NCBI GenBank assembly: GCA_051294375.1
Contig: CM119268.1
Location: 10,052,370-10,116,369 of the forward strand
DNA from: Paraspadella gotoi
Taxonomy: Eukaryota; Animalia; Chaetognatha
DNA length: 64,000 nucleotides
Reading direction: 5' to 3'
Positions 16,560 to 28,977 of the stretch are shown in pieces; position 1 is the first letter of the stretch; the number at the start of each line of letters is the position of its first letter. A model generated the notes under the pieces. It was given only the letters and a program-made list of their open reading frames with translations, did not search any database and was not told the DNA's origin. The translations under genes were made by a program, and so were the position numbers.

Positions 16560-18135
16560 TTATGTCGCGAGGGTTTTCGAAATGCCTCCCGCGATCTTCA
16601 CCCTGTGTACTTTGAGTGCGTGCAGCTTCAAAGCACGGTTATCGCAAAAAGCAGCGACGCAAAAGGGGCAAAGGTAAGGCCTGATTCCTGCGTGAGCACG
16701 GAGATGTTCTTTGAGAGTATGCTTCCATCGAAATGTCTTGTCGCAGAGGTGACACCGATATTGGGAGTCTCCGTGCACCTGCATGTGCTCGCGAAGTCGG
16801 GGCTTGGAGACGAAGAGCTTTCGACAAACAGGACACTCTTCGTTCCGTTCGCCCGTGTGATTCTGAGCAGCGTGCTCAAAAAGTTTGAACTTGCTTGAAA
16901 ATTCTTTTCCGCAAAACTGGCATTTCTTCATCGTTTTAAGACCCAAATGTTGATGACGAACATGAACTTGCAACTGAGTTCGGAGCTTGAAGGTAGAAGG
17001 ACACTGGTCGCAAATGTGAGGCCTAAGGCAAAAAACAGTCGATGGTGTTTCGGAGGAGGGACAAGCGATTCTGACTAACCGCTTACCTTTCCTCAGAGTG
17101 CCTGGAAGCCACGTGATTTTTTAAGGAAGGTTTTGTCTTAAAAGCCTTGTCGCAATGAGAACACAAAAAAGGTTTCTCAGAAGAATGATTCCAAAGTAAA
17201 TGCACGCTGAGTTAAAAATTTATTTTCTATTTAATTTTTTTTAGCGAATTTTTGCAATTAACAAGTTAGTAAAATACCCTAGCATAGATTTATTAGCGTA
17301 AGCCTTTCCGCACTGTTCGCAGCGATGTGGACGGCATTCTTTTTTCTTAATATGTTGAGATAATGATTCGCCAACCTTTAGCTCAATGCTGCATTTGATA
17401 CATCTTTTCGGCGATTTTGATTCTGTACGAGAGTTTAGGATATTGAGTAATTTTTAATGATTGGCCTACTTAGTTTTCGGCTTTTAATAAGCACGTACCT
17501 TTTTCTTCCTTTTCCTGCTTCGATCGCTTGGCGACGACCCTCGCTTTACGTTCAAGCAACATTTGCTCGTCGAGTTTTACGTTTAAAAAGTCTTCGTGAG
17601 GTTCCTCCACATTAAGTCCAGATGCGGCCGAATCAGTCACGGATCTCAAAGTCAAAGAAAGACGATTTGTCGCTTCTTTTCCCGTAGTTCGCGAATCGTC
17701 GGGCGAAACTTTGACAATGTCGCGATCCGATATGAGTCCGTCAAGTCGCTTGCGTCGAATCACATCGACGAGAGAGGCGGCGGTGAGCCTCGCGCAGCTC
17801 GCCGTCTCTACGACAAACCCGTTAGCCGTGCGTCGCTCGAGTCGCAGACGGACAGCGTGCTCCGTCGTGGTCACAACGACGAGCGTTCTCAACTCGACCT
17901 CGAAGGATGGTCCGCTCACGGAATGTCGTTTCCCGTCTATAGTGCAGACATCGTCGTCTAGTCGCTTTAGCGCGGTTTCAACGAGAGCGAGGCCTTCGTC
18001 ATCGGCGAGAACGAAGGACCAACCCTGAGGAAGCGGACGAGGTACGGCGTTGGCGAGATCCGAGCGTTCAACGATCAAAGCGTCGGTTAACACGAAAAGG
18101 GTCTGTGTCGCCTTGGAGTCTCGCTCCGACCTCAT
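16560..18135 (-). CDS. C2H2 zinc-finger protein, 4 exons
   Basis: Unrecognised N-terminal domain, then spliced fingers (CEQCGKAY, SEKPFLCSHCDKAF, CQFCGKEF, HAGIRPYLCPFC). An in-frame upstream ATG at 18228 is an alternative start. Confidence 0.85.
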
Positions 18136-20169
18136 CGCTATTTTTTTTTTCGATAATAAACTGAGTGTGTAAAGATTAAAATATATTAAATGTACGTAAG
18201 AGAAATGAGACGTAATAAAATCTTTCATGATTCTGAAATAACGTCTATTCTATCTCGTGACGGAGCGAATCGAAGGGAAAAGGGCGGAAACTAGGAAAAC
18301 AAAATCCTTTCTGAACCGCGCGAAGCACCTCGACCGAGCGTGTCTGGTTTTTGACCGAATAGTAATGACTAACGAAACAAGATCCAGTCTCGGACCGAAC
18401 CGTCACGGCCTCAGTTAAATACTTTTTTAAAAAGCCTGAACGTCTCTTTTATTACACTATCTTTACCTAATTAATTATTATTCCTTCTTATTTTCCTCTT
18501 TTAGGATTTCAAATCGGAGTGAAATGAAAAGATTTGTTATTACTCTTAACCGACTCAATATGATTAATATTTGATCATTTCATTAGTTAGAAAATTCCCT
18601 ATATAACAAGTTGAGATTACTTCATAACATCATAACAACTGGTGCGCTTGCTTTCCAGCAGCTTTTTTTGCAGAATTTTTCCCCACTTATTTGATAATTC
18701 AATTTCAAACTCATTGTGAAAAAATTGAGAGTAATATTTTAATTTCTTTTATATTCATTAGTTAGTATATGTATATGTCTTGGGAGCACGCAAAAAATTC
18801 TTATTAACATATTTCAAGGTTTAGTTAGGCAACAGGCTCCTGCCAGATCATTCTTCTTCTGCAATTTTTTTTAAAGCTGAAATTTTTATTTTCTATAAGT
18901 TTTAACTAGAAAAACTATAAAATGAAAAAGGCTGTCATTGTGGTTGTGAAAAAGCTTTTGACATTCAGATTGCTCAGACACAATCTCCAATGTCTATATC
19001 TGTAAGATGATCCAAAATTTTCAAATATTTCATTTTTGTTCATAAAAATATATCTTATAACAGGAAGGTCCTATTCGTTCCTATTCGTCAACGATTTTTT
19101 TACCAGGGAGCAAAATCTGAAGTTGTTATAACAAATAATTTAGCCACAGTATTTGATCATTTCATTTCACTCCCATTTGAAATCCGTTTAACTACGAGGA
19201 AACAAAAAATTGAAAAATCCTTTTTTTTTCAATTTTCCGAAGACGATCGATTTAAACGCGTATACTTTTTTCCGTAAAAATTTTTTTCGGCAAATAGACA
19301 GAAAAATAAAAAGGCAGACAGACCCTAAAGTGAGATAGCTGAAGCCGTGACTAAAGAGTAATGAATTAAAACGATCAAGGAGAAACGTCACGGGAGAAGC
19401 ATTTACAAACGCGATTTCGTAAGTCGACGAAATATAAAAAGGCAATCTGTGAAGCGATCCAACCCAACCTTTTTCCGTAGGAACGAAAATCGTTTACGTA
19501 CTACCGTCAGATGTACAATAAAAGAAAAAAGGTGTAAATATAACTTTAACACGATACAGTCATAAGAGATATATCACAAAAAGGTTCTTAGTCAGGACAT
19601 CGCGTAATGAGATAACCGTTCCGGATATAAAACGCAGCCATATAACCAAATAACTAATACGATTTAAACTAGATAACGTGCTATGAAGAAGTGGGAAAGA
19701 AAGAAAAATCCAATCTAAAAAATGCTTGTGTTGAAATGAGCATGCTAATATTACAGGTTTTTGAGTCACGACATTTTAACTGTAACCATCATCCCATTAA
19801 AATTTTAAATTATACTCGAGATTATTCGATTTCCACAATTATACAAAACAAGTAGTACATCGAGTTATGTTTGGGAATCGTCAAGGAACTTAGCCTTAGG
19901 AAGTTCATCTACAACCTAAAGTTCTACGCTGTACAACGAGTGAAACTTATACGTAGATTAAAACGCGAATGTCTTTTGTATTTAAAAATACAGTTTATAA
20001 AATCGCGAAAACTGATTAGAAAAAAAAACAACAAAAAAAAACAACTAATTGTTGACTGCCTTGTTGAATCCCCATTGATGCGTTCTCGTTTTGTAAGCAA
20101 TTGAAACTGGCATGAAATAAAGAGAAATGAAGCGAAAGATCACCTGGATCCCGCTTTTCTTCTTTCGAG

Positions 20170-20226
20170 AGAAAACTAAAACGTCATATTTTCATCTTAG
20201 AAAACTAAAACGTCATATTTTCATCT
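20170..20226. repeat. Tandem duplication, 29-nt unit x2
   Basis: AGAAAACTAAAACGTCATATTTTCATCT occurs twice in tandem in the ASPP 3' region. Confidence 0.85.
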
Positions 20227-20289
20227 GAGACTAAATCCTTACATTTCGCGAAATAATGCGCGATCCCTCCCCTCGGTGAACGAAAAAAT

Positions 20290-23200
20290 TCAGTCTTGCT
20301 TAACGACCCTCGGGTAGAGTCCGAGCAGGTTCTTTGGGACATATCCCTCGGCTCCTTCTTTGCTCCCTTTGCCCGAGTCCTCGGCCCGCGCCCACCACCA
20401 ATCGCGCTCCTGCTCGTCGCCCTTGCGTAAGACGACGACGAGCCGACCCTCCTCGAAAGTAAGTTCGTCCGAGTTTGAGGCTTGGTAAGAGTAGAGCGTG
20501 TACACAGCGCCGTTGTTCAAGATTCCCAGCTTCTCTTGCACGCTGTTAAAGATTTAACGTGATTTTATAGCGGTAATGTACGTGTAAGAGAGGATTATTT
20601 AACACGATCTTAAATGAGATTGAATCTCTCAATCTCATTTACATATTGCAGTATTGAATCTAAATGTGTAATTTCATTTTTCTCTTACATACGCGGCATC
20701 GTCATCCACAATTTGATGAAAGAATAAGTACTTTGTGGCGTATACGATTAATCGAGCAAAAAAAATCTTAAAGTATAGTGATCTCGCCAGACGTTACTAT
20801 CAAATAAAATTAAGAAAAAAATCCGGAAAAAAATACCGAATGATTGATGCAATAACGAATTATGATGTAATAATAATTGATTGATGTAATAATAATTGAT
20901 TGATATAATAATAATAGATTGATGTAATAATAATAGATTGATGTAATAATAATTGATTGATGTAATAATATTTGATTCCTATGGTTATACACTTTTACAA
21001 TTTCTAATTATAAAAAAACGTTACGACGACTACAAAGAAGCAGAAGTGAACCAACATCACGCCCGTCCGGCGAGATAAAAAGATTTCACCAACCTGTAAA
21101 GATATTCGGAGCAACCGTCGTACCCTTCCTCATCTTCCTCGCATTTCTCGGCCGCCGTCTCCTGGTCGGAAATGGTGGTGGCGAATATGCAAGCTCCGTG
21201 CTCGACGAGAAAGCGAACCTGCGGCAAAAAAGTTCCTTTGATACATCGATTGTCGCCGAAATTTAAAACAAACATCGCGCACCATTGAGAGATTGTTGCA
21301 GGACGCGGCACAGTGGAGCGGCGTCCACCCGTCGGAGTCTTGGGCGTTGACGTCGCATCCGAATTCGACGAGGAATTTGACGATCTCAAAGTGTCCCGCG
21401 CAGATGGCGTTGTGAAGGGCCGTGATGCCCTCGTCATTTGCGGCGGACGGGTCAGAGACTTCGGCTGCGGTTTTCTTCACCAACTCAAGTTCGCCTTCGA
21501 GGGACGCGTCGAGCAGAAGGGCCAAAGGATCGAAGCTCACCCGGCGATTTAATCCGCTACCTGAATATTTGATAACCATATTGTTACGATATGTTACTAT
21601 TGAGCCGATCCGCTTCTCTGTCACTAAACCCTCCACCATCTCAGTCATATTCTATCAAAACTAACCTCGCTTCTTCTTCGAGTCACTCAACACGCTCGTC
21701 TGTTTCTTCATTATGGATCGTATCTTCTCCAATGGCGGCGTCGGCGACGCCGTCGGGATGGCCGATGAGGTGGCGGCATCGTCGGGAATGGCAGCCATCT
21801 TGGCGGCAAATCCGCGGGGTGGCGTCCGTGACGCCAAATGATTGAACCGAAAATGGGAAAAAGGCACGGCGGAAGCCTCGGAAGAGGAGTCGTCCTCGGA
21901 TTCCGTGTAAGAATGACGACGGAGGAGACTCCGGAGCGTGTTTTGGTGTTTGAGAGCGTTCATTTTGCCTTCATAAGAGTAGTCGTTTTTATAATCCAGT
22001 TATCACGAGAGCGTTTTGAAAATCAGCAGAAAAATACCTGTATCCGCGACTGGTGGGAGCTGATATAAACCAGCCGCTTGCATTTGAAAGTCACCCGCAG
22101 CTGACGGGAGTCCCAAGGGAACGGATAGGCGCGACTGACTTCCCAATTGCTTCAGTCCGGGGGCCGAGCCCCAGAGCATAGGGCGTTGTTGATGTTGTTG
22201 AAGATGCTGTTGAGGCATCATGTTTGGGGTGTAGAAAGACGGCTGCACTGACGAGCTACTTCCCATAGACAAAGGCTGATAAAGAGAAAAGGTAATAGTC
22301 GACTAAAATTCAAATCTTAAAACGAACAGCAAAATTTCTTACTTGAGAAACAACGACGGGTGGATTAGCTAATTGCGGCTGGCTTCCTCCAATAATGGGA
22401 AGAGCGAGGTTCTGCCAAAAGAAATCAATTAGTTTACTTTCCTCCCAGCAGTATTTGCCTTTGAAAAACTACCTGCACGCCGGTCGGAGGTTTCCCACTC
22501 CAGGCTGTAGCATTCGTGGGTCCAGTCGCATGCGATCCGGCCTGTGACATGACGCCAGTGCCAGGTTGAGGACCGTAAATTGTCTGGGGAAAGTTTAGTG
22601 GCGCCGGCGCCGCAGAAGAGACAAGGAGAGGACGGCCGGTGGGAACTTCGTAGAGTACGCCAGTGTGGCCGACGGAGGAGACAGCAACGGATGAAGGAAG
22701 AGCGGAACCGGTGTTTTGAACCTTGGATCCAACAATGATTACGTAAATAAAACACGTTTCAAGGAACATCATGGAGGCCACACCTCGATCGAAATTAACT
22801 TACCTTTTGTCTGGCGACGACCTGTTCTTGAAAGGTGCTTTGTCCCATCCGTCCAGTATACATATGAGTTATGGCGCTCTTGGGTGCGTACATAATGGAC
22901 GATGACGACGTCAAGGATGCCGCACTAGAAGAAGGAAAGGAAGCAGGCACCAGGGAATTACCCACAAAAGGAACTCCGGATGCGAGTTGTTGAGACTTTT
23001 GGAACGCAGTCGGTTGGCCCGTTTGGTTATAGGGCGTCGGTTGCGGCGCAAAACGGGTCGTTGAGGTCGGTGGCTTGTCGTAAATTGGCTGTTGGCCTTT
23101 GACGGGATAATCGTAGATCATTTGCGCGGGAACACCGCTCGGCTGGGACGTCGCAGTCAGTTCCGACGGTGCTACGGGCTTGGGGATTCCAAGGAGATTC

Positions 23201-26200
23201 GCCGAATTGCTTCCACCATGAACGGCCGCCCATTGAGCCGTCAGGGCGGCCACCGAGGGCGTACTAAATCAAAATGGAATTATTATTTTTTTTAAATGTC
23301 GGGAAGAAACTTTCGTGAGGATTCATCGTCGGACTTTCATTCATTTGAATATTAATTCATTGACAAGTAAAACATTTCACCACGTGTCTATTCATTTATT
23401 ATTCATTGATTCGCATAAATATAATTACATAAATACAATTATGATACAAATAGTTAATTATAAAAATTTGTTTACGTTATTTTTATTTCAAACAACCACA
23501 AAGTGATAATTACCTTAAATTTCTGTTCTTTTAATAAAATACATTAGGTATTACATAAGCATCCCCCAATTAACCTGGAAGTAATAACTCCGGGACTACT
23601 AGACGGCGGATGTTCAAATTTCGAAGATGGAGTTCCATCAGCGTCTGAACTGTCCGACGTCGTCCCTTCTGGTTGGCCACGAGACGCCAGCTCGCCTGTA
23701 AATTTAGAGATATTGTTCTCTTTGACTCCAACGGATTTCACCCGCATTTCTACAATGAATGTTTCGCAGCGATGACTAATGACACAAAAATCGGCTGTCA
23801 AGTTTTTTTCGTCTTTAACTAATCAAGTCTCTCTTTCGTTTTTTCCCCTCGTTCTATCTTCCCCCTTCCTTCTTCACCTGCCACCCGATGGGGTTGTCCC
23901 TCCGAGGAGGTGAGAGATCCAAGATCGTCCAAAAGAGGATTCGATGGAGATAAACCTGAATAATTGAACGAAGCGATGAAGAGACGCAGGTTTCTCTACT
24001 TCAAAACCACAAATAAGTCCCACCTTTGTTGGGGCCTTCGTTGGCTGCCTCGGCTGCTTCGTTGAAGGCGGCGCCGCTGGGCAGCGGCCCCAACTCGCTC
24101 ACACCCTCGACGAAGGGCCGAGGGATGAGCGGGGCCGGAGGAGGTTCGTAGCCGGTCTCGTCGGCCAACGCACGGCTACCTTGAGCCAACAAAAGGGCGA
24201 GCGGTGTAGGCGAGGCCCCAGACCGAAGGCTGGCAGGTTGCGGGACGGAAGACGGAGGATGGGGTAAATGATGAAGCTGCTGCTGTTGTTGTTGTTGAAG
24301 AAGAATCATTGACCTGGCGTTAGGAGAGGAACCTCTGACGGCCGATGTTGCTGGCCGGTGACGCGGTTCTTCCGATGAAGCCTGAATACAAATCAAAAGT
24401 CTACAGTAATGTGCAGAAATTAAAGAGGCCGGGTATGACTAAACGAGACTACATTTCCCGCGCGTCAAGACAGTCCAAAACTCCCCAATCAAATTAAAAC
24501 AAGTAATAAATGTTAAAACAAAACAAAACAAAAACTGAGCAGCGCTAGGTGAGCACTCACGGAATCGAGCAGCCTGGGTTCCGAGTTCTCTTTGCTCAAC
24601 AGGCCCGGTTGCCCGTCCACCTGTGACGTTCCTGGTCCCGCAGCGTTGCTGGGCAAGCTTGCCGATTTAATCTGAACGTTTACTGGTGTAGTCGAGCGAA
24701 GGAGGGGGACATTGACGGGCGGTTCCGCGGCTAAAACATGATGGACAAACTTTTGATGAACATTTGAAATTGATTGTTAACTGCGTATTTCATTCGATAA
24801 ATAACTTGTTTGTAAATCTTTCTTTTCGTTGGTAGAATGATTAGACAAAATAACAATTTTTAGTTTTTCACAACGAATTTTTTATTTAAATGGTAGCAGA
24901 CATGTTTCGAACGTGTATTTCGTTCATCATCAGCACTGATGATGAACGAAATACACGTTCGAAACATGTCTGCTACCATTTAAATAAAAAATTCGTTGTG
25001 AAAAACTAAAAATTGTTATTTTGTCTGATAAATAACTTTTAACTTTAATTTGTATTAATATTTTTTCTTTTATATATACCGACATATACTTATAATAAAA
25101 GTAAATAATGTTGAAAGTTAAAAATTTTTTTCCTTTATTATAAAAAAAGTTATTGAAAGTTATTGGAAATTGTTCTAAAAAAACTTACCAGCAGAATTCT
25201 GACGCTTTTTCTTCAACAGTCGCGAGGTGAGTTCCTGAATTCTCTGATCCATTGATTTGAGTTCCTCTTTACGCTGACTAAGGATGTACTTTTGATGATT
25301 GAGCAGCTTCTCTTGGTCCTGGTTCTCTTTTTGCTTCGCAGCCAAATCACGACGCAACTTCTCCAATTCACGCGGCACAGCTTTCCCGCTTTTTCCATCG
25401 CCGCTCGGCTTTGAAGAGCGTAAATCGTCCAACTGATGACATATACATTTCATCTTTCATCTTTCATGTTAAAATTTTTTTTTAACGAATTTAGAGACTT
25501 GCCTGCTGCGTTAGTTCATTAACCTTGGCAACCGCGTTGGCAAGTTCCTTCTCTTTTTCATTAAAGAGTTGTTTGACAGCCTCTAGGTCACCGGTTCCTT
25601 TTTTGTTGTTTTTCTTCACCTGGTCAACTTGTTGCTTCAATTTCTGCAGTCTAAAAAGAAAAAAGAAGTTAAAACGGATTTACGAGAGTGGAGCATGAGA
25701 TTTAAAAAATACATTAGGTTCTTACCTTTCAAGTTTCATGTCTTGATTTGCGACTGTCTCTCGTAGGCAGCGTATTCTAATTTCATTATCAGTTCCTAAG
25801 AGAGGGTGGTTTTATAATGTTAGAGTGAAAATGAATGATGTCTGAACATTAAATAAAGATTTTTATAACAAAACTCAAACCACATTTTACCCTGCCTTCT
25901 ACTAGATCCAACTTAGTACATATGTTTCCTACTTTTTTTACAAACAACAATAAGATGTTTTAACCTGACGCGTCTTTAATGCTTCCAGGCGGAATTGGAT
26001 CTTCTTTTGTTTGACGATTTTTCTCCTGCTGGCTACGTAAAAACTTCAAACGTTGTTCCTGTAAATAAAAATGTTTTAAATCTTTAGTTAAATTACTAGT
26101 CAAATCTTGAGTTCTCGAACGGGCACCTTTGCCATTAATAAGCTCTGTTGGGCTTGAATTTGTTGCTGCTGAAAGGCGGCCATTTGCTGTAGCTCGGAGA

Positions 26201-26300
26201 GGCTAAGGTTGGCGTTGTCAGACAATGCCATCGCCGGAGCGGAGGAGGCGACAGCTTCTTCTTTCGCGGGAATCATGCCAGCTTCGCTCCGCACCCCCAT
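20290..26300 (-). CDS. ASPP: ASPP-family protein (ankyrin + SH3; PPP1R13B/TP53BP2-like), multi-exon
   Basis: [27 protein letters not shown]|EQRLKFL, coiled coils, PP1-binding [18 protein letters not shown], ankyrins [15 protein letters not shown] and [17 protein letters not shown]-terminal SH3 ...[13 protein letters not shown]. The 5' start is uncertain. Confidence 0.9.
20612..20656 (-). repeat. Dispersed short repeat, copy C (hairpin end)
   Basis: AAATGAGATTGA-ATCTC-TCAATCTCATTT-ACATATTG: a perfect 12-bp stem, similar to copy B. Confidence 0.65.
20863..20970. repeat. AT-rich minisatellite (~19-nt unit TGATGTAATAATAATTGAT, about 5-6 copies)
   Basis: Visible tandem array in the last ASPP intron. 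Confidence 0.85.
24843..25026. mobile_element. Perfect inverted repeat (91-bp arms, 2-nt spacer); probable Penelope-like element pLTR remnant in an ASPP intron
   Basis: 24843-24933 is the exact reverse complement of 24936-25026, and each arm carries a hammerhead core. The Penelope assignment is inferred from the ribozyme type. Confidence 0.75.
24932..24974 (+). ncRNA. Minimal type I hammerhead ribozyme
   Basis: Stem I AGCA/UGCU, CUGAUGA at 24936-24942, stem II GAACG/CGUUC, GAAA at 24961-24964, palindromic ACAUGU stem III, GUC cleavage triplet at 24968-24970. Confidence 0.75.
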
Positions 26301-26835
26301 GACTGTTTTGACTCGAAACAAACCAGGCGCCTAAGCATGACGCAACCGAAAAAGAGTAAGGTAGGTAGAGGAAAAACCCTATTTTTTTCCTCTGTCAGTT
26401 TAGGATAAACATCTTTAATGATAGTTTTTGTACGATGGATCTGCAAGAAAAAAGTATACAAATATACTAGTTTGAATCATAGAAAATAGAAGGTTTAATC
26501 TTAAATCTCGAAAAAAAAAAGACACGTGGACATCGTCAAAATATATAGTGAGCGTGAAACGTCGCCGCAAAAGACGATGGGCGGAAAAAAATGACAACTT
26601 ATTATAAAAAATATTAAAATAAGGCAAGTTATTACAAACTAAGAAACCACAAACGTTTATAAAATTAGTTTGCTGCATGTAGTTGCTCGTCTTATTTAGG
26701 TAGTAAAAACTAATATGTATGCTTAGGGAAAAAACGATTAATCTAACCGAGGTTATGCTTTAATATTAAATGCTGTGGAATGGAAGAAAATCATCGAAAA
26801 ACGTTGGACAGTGGACACGACTTAGGTTTTTGAAA

Positions 26836-28181
26836 TTAATCTCTCGAATTTTTGCGCCCTTCATTCGGAAAGAACTCAGTGGCGACTTCATAGGCGGCTA
26901 CTTCCAAGTTCTCGATAGTATGGGAAGGTTCGGAAGCCAGCGGCGACCTTGATGGTTCAACGACGACCGAACATGAAGGATCTACTAGATCGTCGCTCGG
27001 GCGAAGGACGGGTACCTGGCAGCTTGAACTTTCAAGGGTCGTTTCGCCACGACGACAGCGAATCTTTGACGCGAGAGGGAAAGTGTATAAAAAGAAAAGT
27101 GACAAGAACCGACGGATTTAGCGCATCTCGCTTGTAAATAAAAATAAGGCTTCACCTGGTGACTAAGGCGATCGTTTAAAGAGATCAGCCAACGTTCATC
27201 CTCTCTTAATTTTTTGATGTACGACGACAACCTCTTTTTTAGGATTTTTTCCTCAACTATTCTCCTCAGAATTTCTCTTCTTAGAAGCTGCGACTCGATC
27301 AAAGAGCTTTTTCGACAATTATCTAATCACTTACAAATGCACTTATTGAAATTTTTTTCTAACCGGTTACCATCATTTCGCACCCGTTTGTTCGTAACAT
27401 ATAATATTAAGTCATCGAAAAAGCTCTGACCGAATTTTTCTGATAAAATTCTTTCAAATTTTTCGCAATAATCGACAAATGTCTTTCTAATCTTTTGGCA
27501 AAACTTGTCTCGTTCTCTTCAGATCGGCGTTGGGAGTAGACAAACTGGGAAGAGCGTAAACCATGTTTACTAAACATTGTTTAGCGACATTTAAGTAATA
27601 TAAATTATTGAAACACAAAGTAACAGGAAATAACCCACTAAAGCCGTCAGTTACCTTACAACGCATTTTTAACTTTTCCTTTATTCCACGAGATAATCTG
27701 AGAGAATCTTTCATATATTCTTTCCCAAAGTCTGGAATGTTTTTTAGGTCGAAAATGTAGACATTGCAAGGCTTGGTTTTCCTTGCATCGAACGCTGGCA
27801 GAATTTTTACTTTTTTAATCTCTCAATGCTCATTTATCGTTTGAATGTCAAATTGTTTCTTTTATTGTTTTATTGTTATCTTTTTATCGTCTTTACTGTC
27901 AAATTCTCAAATCATTTCATTTCAGAAAAAAAAATTAATCTCTTTGCTAAGATTTAGCAAATGGTTCTTTGGGTAAAATAAAATTAGTACAAACAATATA
28001 ATATTTGTAAAAAAACTCGAGGTTATAAAAGCAAAACAATAAATACATATACGCAATTCGTATAAATGTATACTAACGTTACTTTTAAACTGATACCAGC
28101 GTTCGAGGGAAAACTAAGATTACCCTTTGGATCTCGGCAATTCGGAAGACAAAACGTTTTCTTCGGATTCCTCTCCTCCAT
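26836..28181 (-). CDS. Orphan multi-exon gene (putative)
   Basis: Phase-0 compatible exon chain ...KLKMRCK|FVYSQRRSEE...YQKNS|KKISISAF|LLRREILRRIVEEK...LSHQ|IRCRRG...RD* (stop at 26836). The link to the first exon MEERNPKKTFCLPNC at 28181 is uncertain. Confidence 0.45.
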
Positions 28182-28977
28182 TTTTAGCTATAATTAAGAC
28201 CCACAGCTTAAAATTAAAATAAATCAATTCGCAGCTGAAATCAGGACTTCACACAACACTTAACCTGAGTGTATCTGAAAATTGTGTCAATGAATTGCAA
28301 TAGCGACCACAGAAAAAAAAATATGTGAAACTGGTTCAATCTAAGGCAGAAAGTTGTAATTGTAAGTTTAAAAGAGCAATCATGCAAAGCGGTGGCAATT
28401 TATTAAAAAAAATCGACATTGCACTGGATATATGAGACGAATAAAGACATCAATTCTACTTAAAAAGTCCGCATTAAGTCGTTTTTAACGGTGGTAAAAC
28501 CGGCACTAGATCTATATCACTTATTACGACTGTAATTTACTCTTACAAACTGTGACAACGTATCTGAGAAAACTCAGAAAGATTAAACTACTCCCCACTA
28601 AGTATTTTAGCTATTATGATATATTACCTCTCTAAAAGTCAATGAAATATGCATGAATCCTAAAGTATTCCCAAAAATAATATTACAGTTGCGTGGAAAA
28701 AATGAGTAGGCAATGTTACTCCCTAGGCAAGTTTAAATTCAGTGTGTGCGTGAATAAAGCGTGCTTGATCAATCATCAACAACATTACATTGTATTTATC
28801 CACATGATTCTCAAGGAAGGCGAAAGTGAAATATTAAGTGGTAGAACGATACAGAATTACACTAAAATAAATTTAAACAAAAATTCCTGCGACGCCGTTT
28901 TATGGAAAGGCAAATTTCCAGTTAAGTGTTATCAGTTGTGTATCTATGGCCAGAAAGATTTGAGAGTGCTCAACTGC

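Noticed and set aside
18250-18420. GC-richer island as a possible SL RNA or snRNA gene
   Set aside because: No convincing leader-GT-Sm site arrangement seen; more likely promoter or 5' UTR of the zinc-finger gene.
20863-20970. Possible CRISPR-like array
   Set aside because: Adjacent tandem units with no unique spacers, eukaryotic intron, no cas genes.
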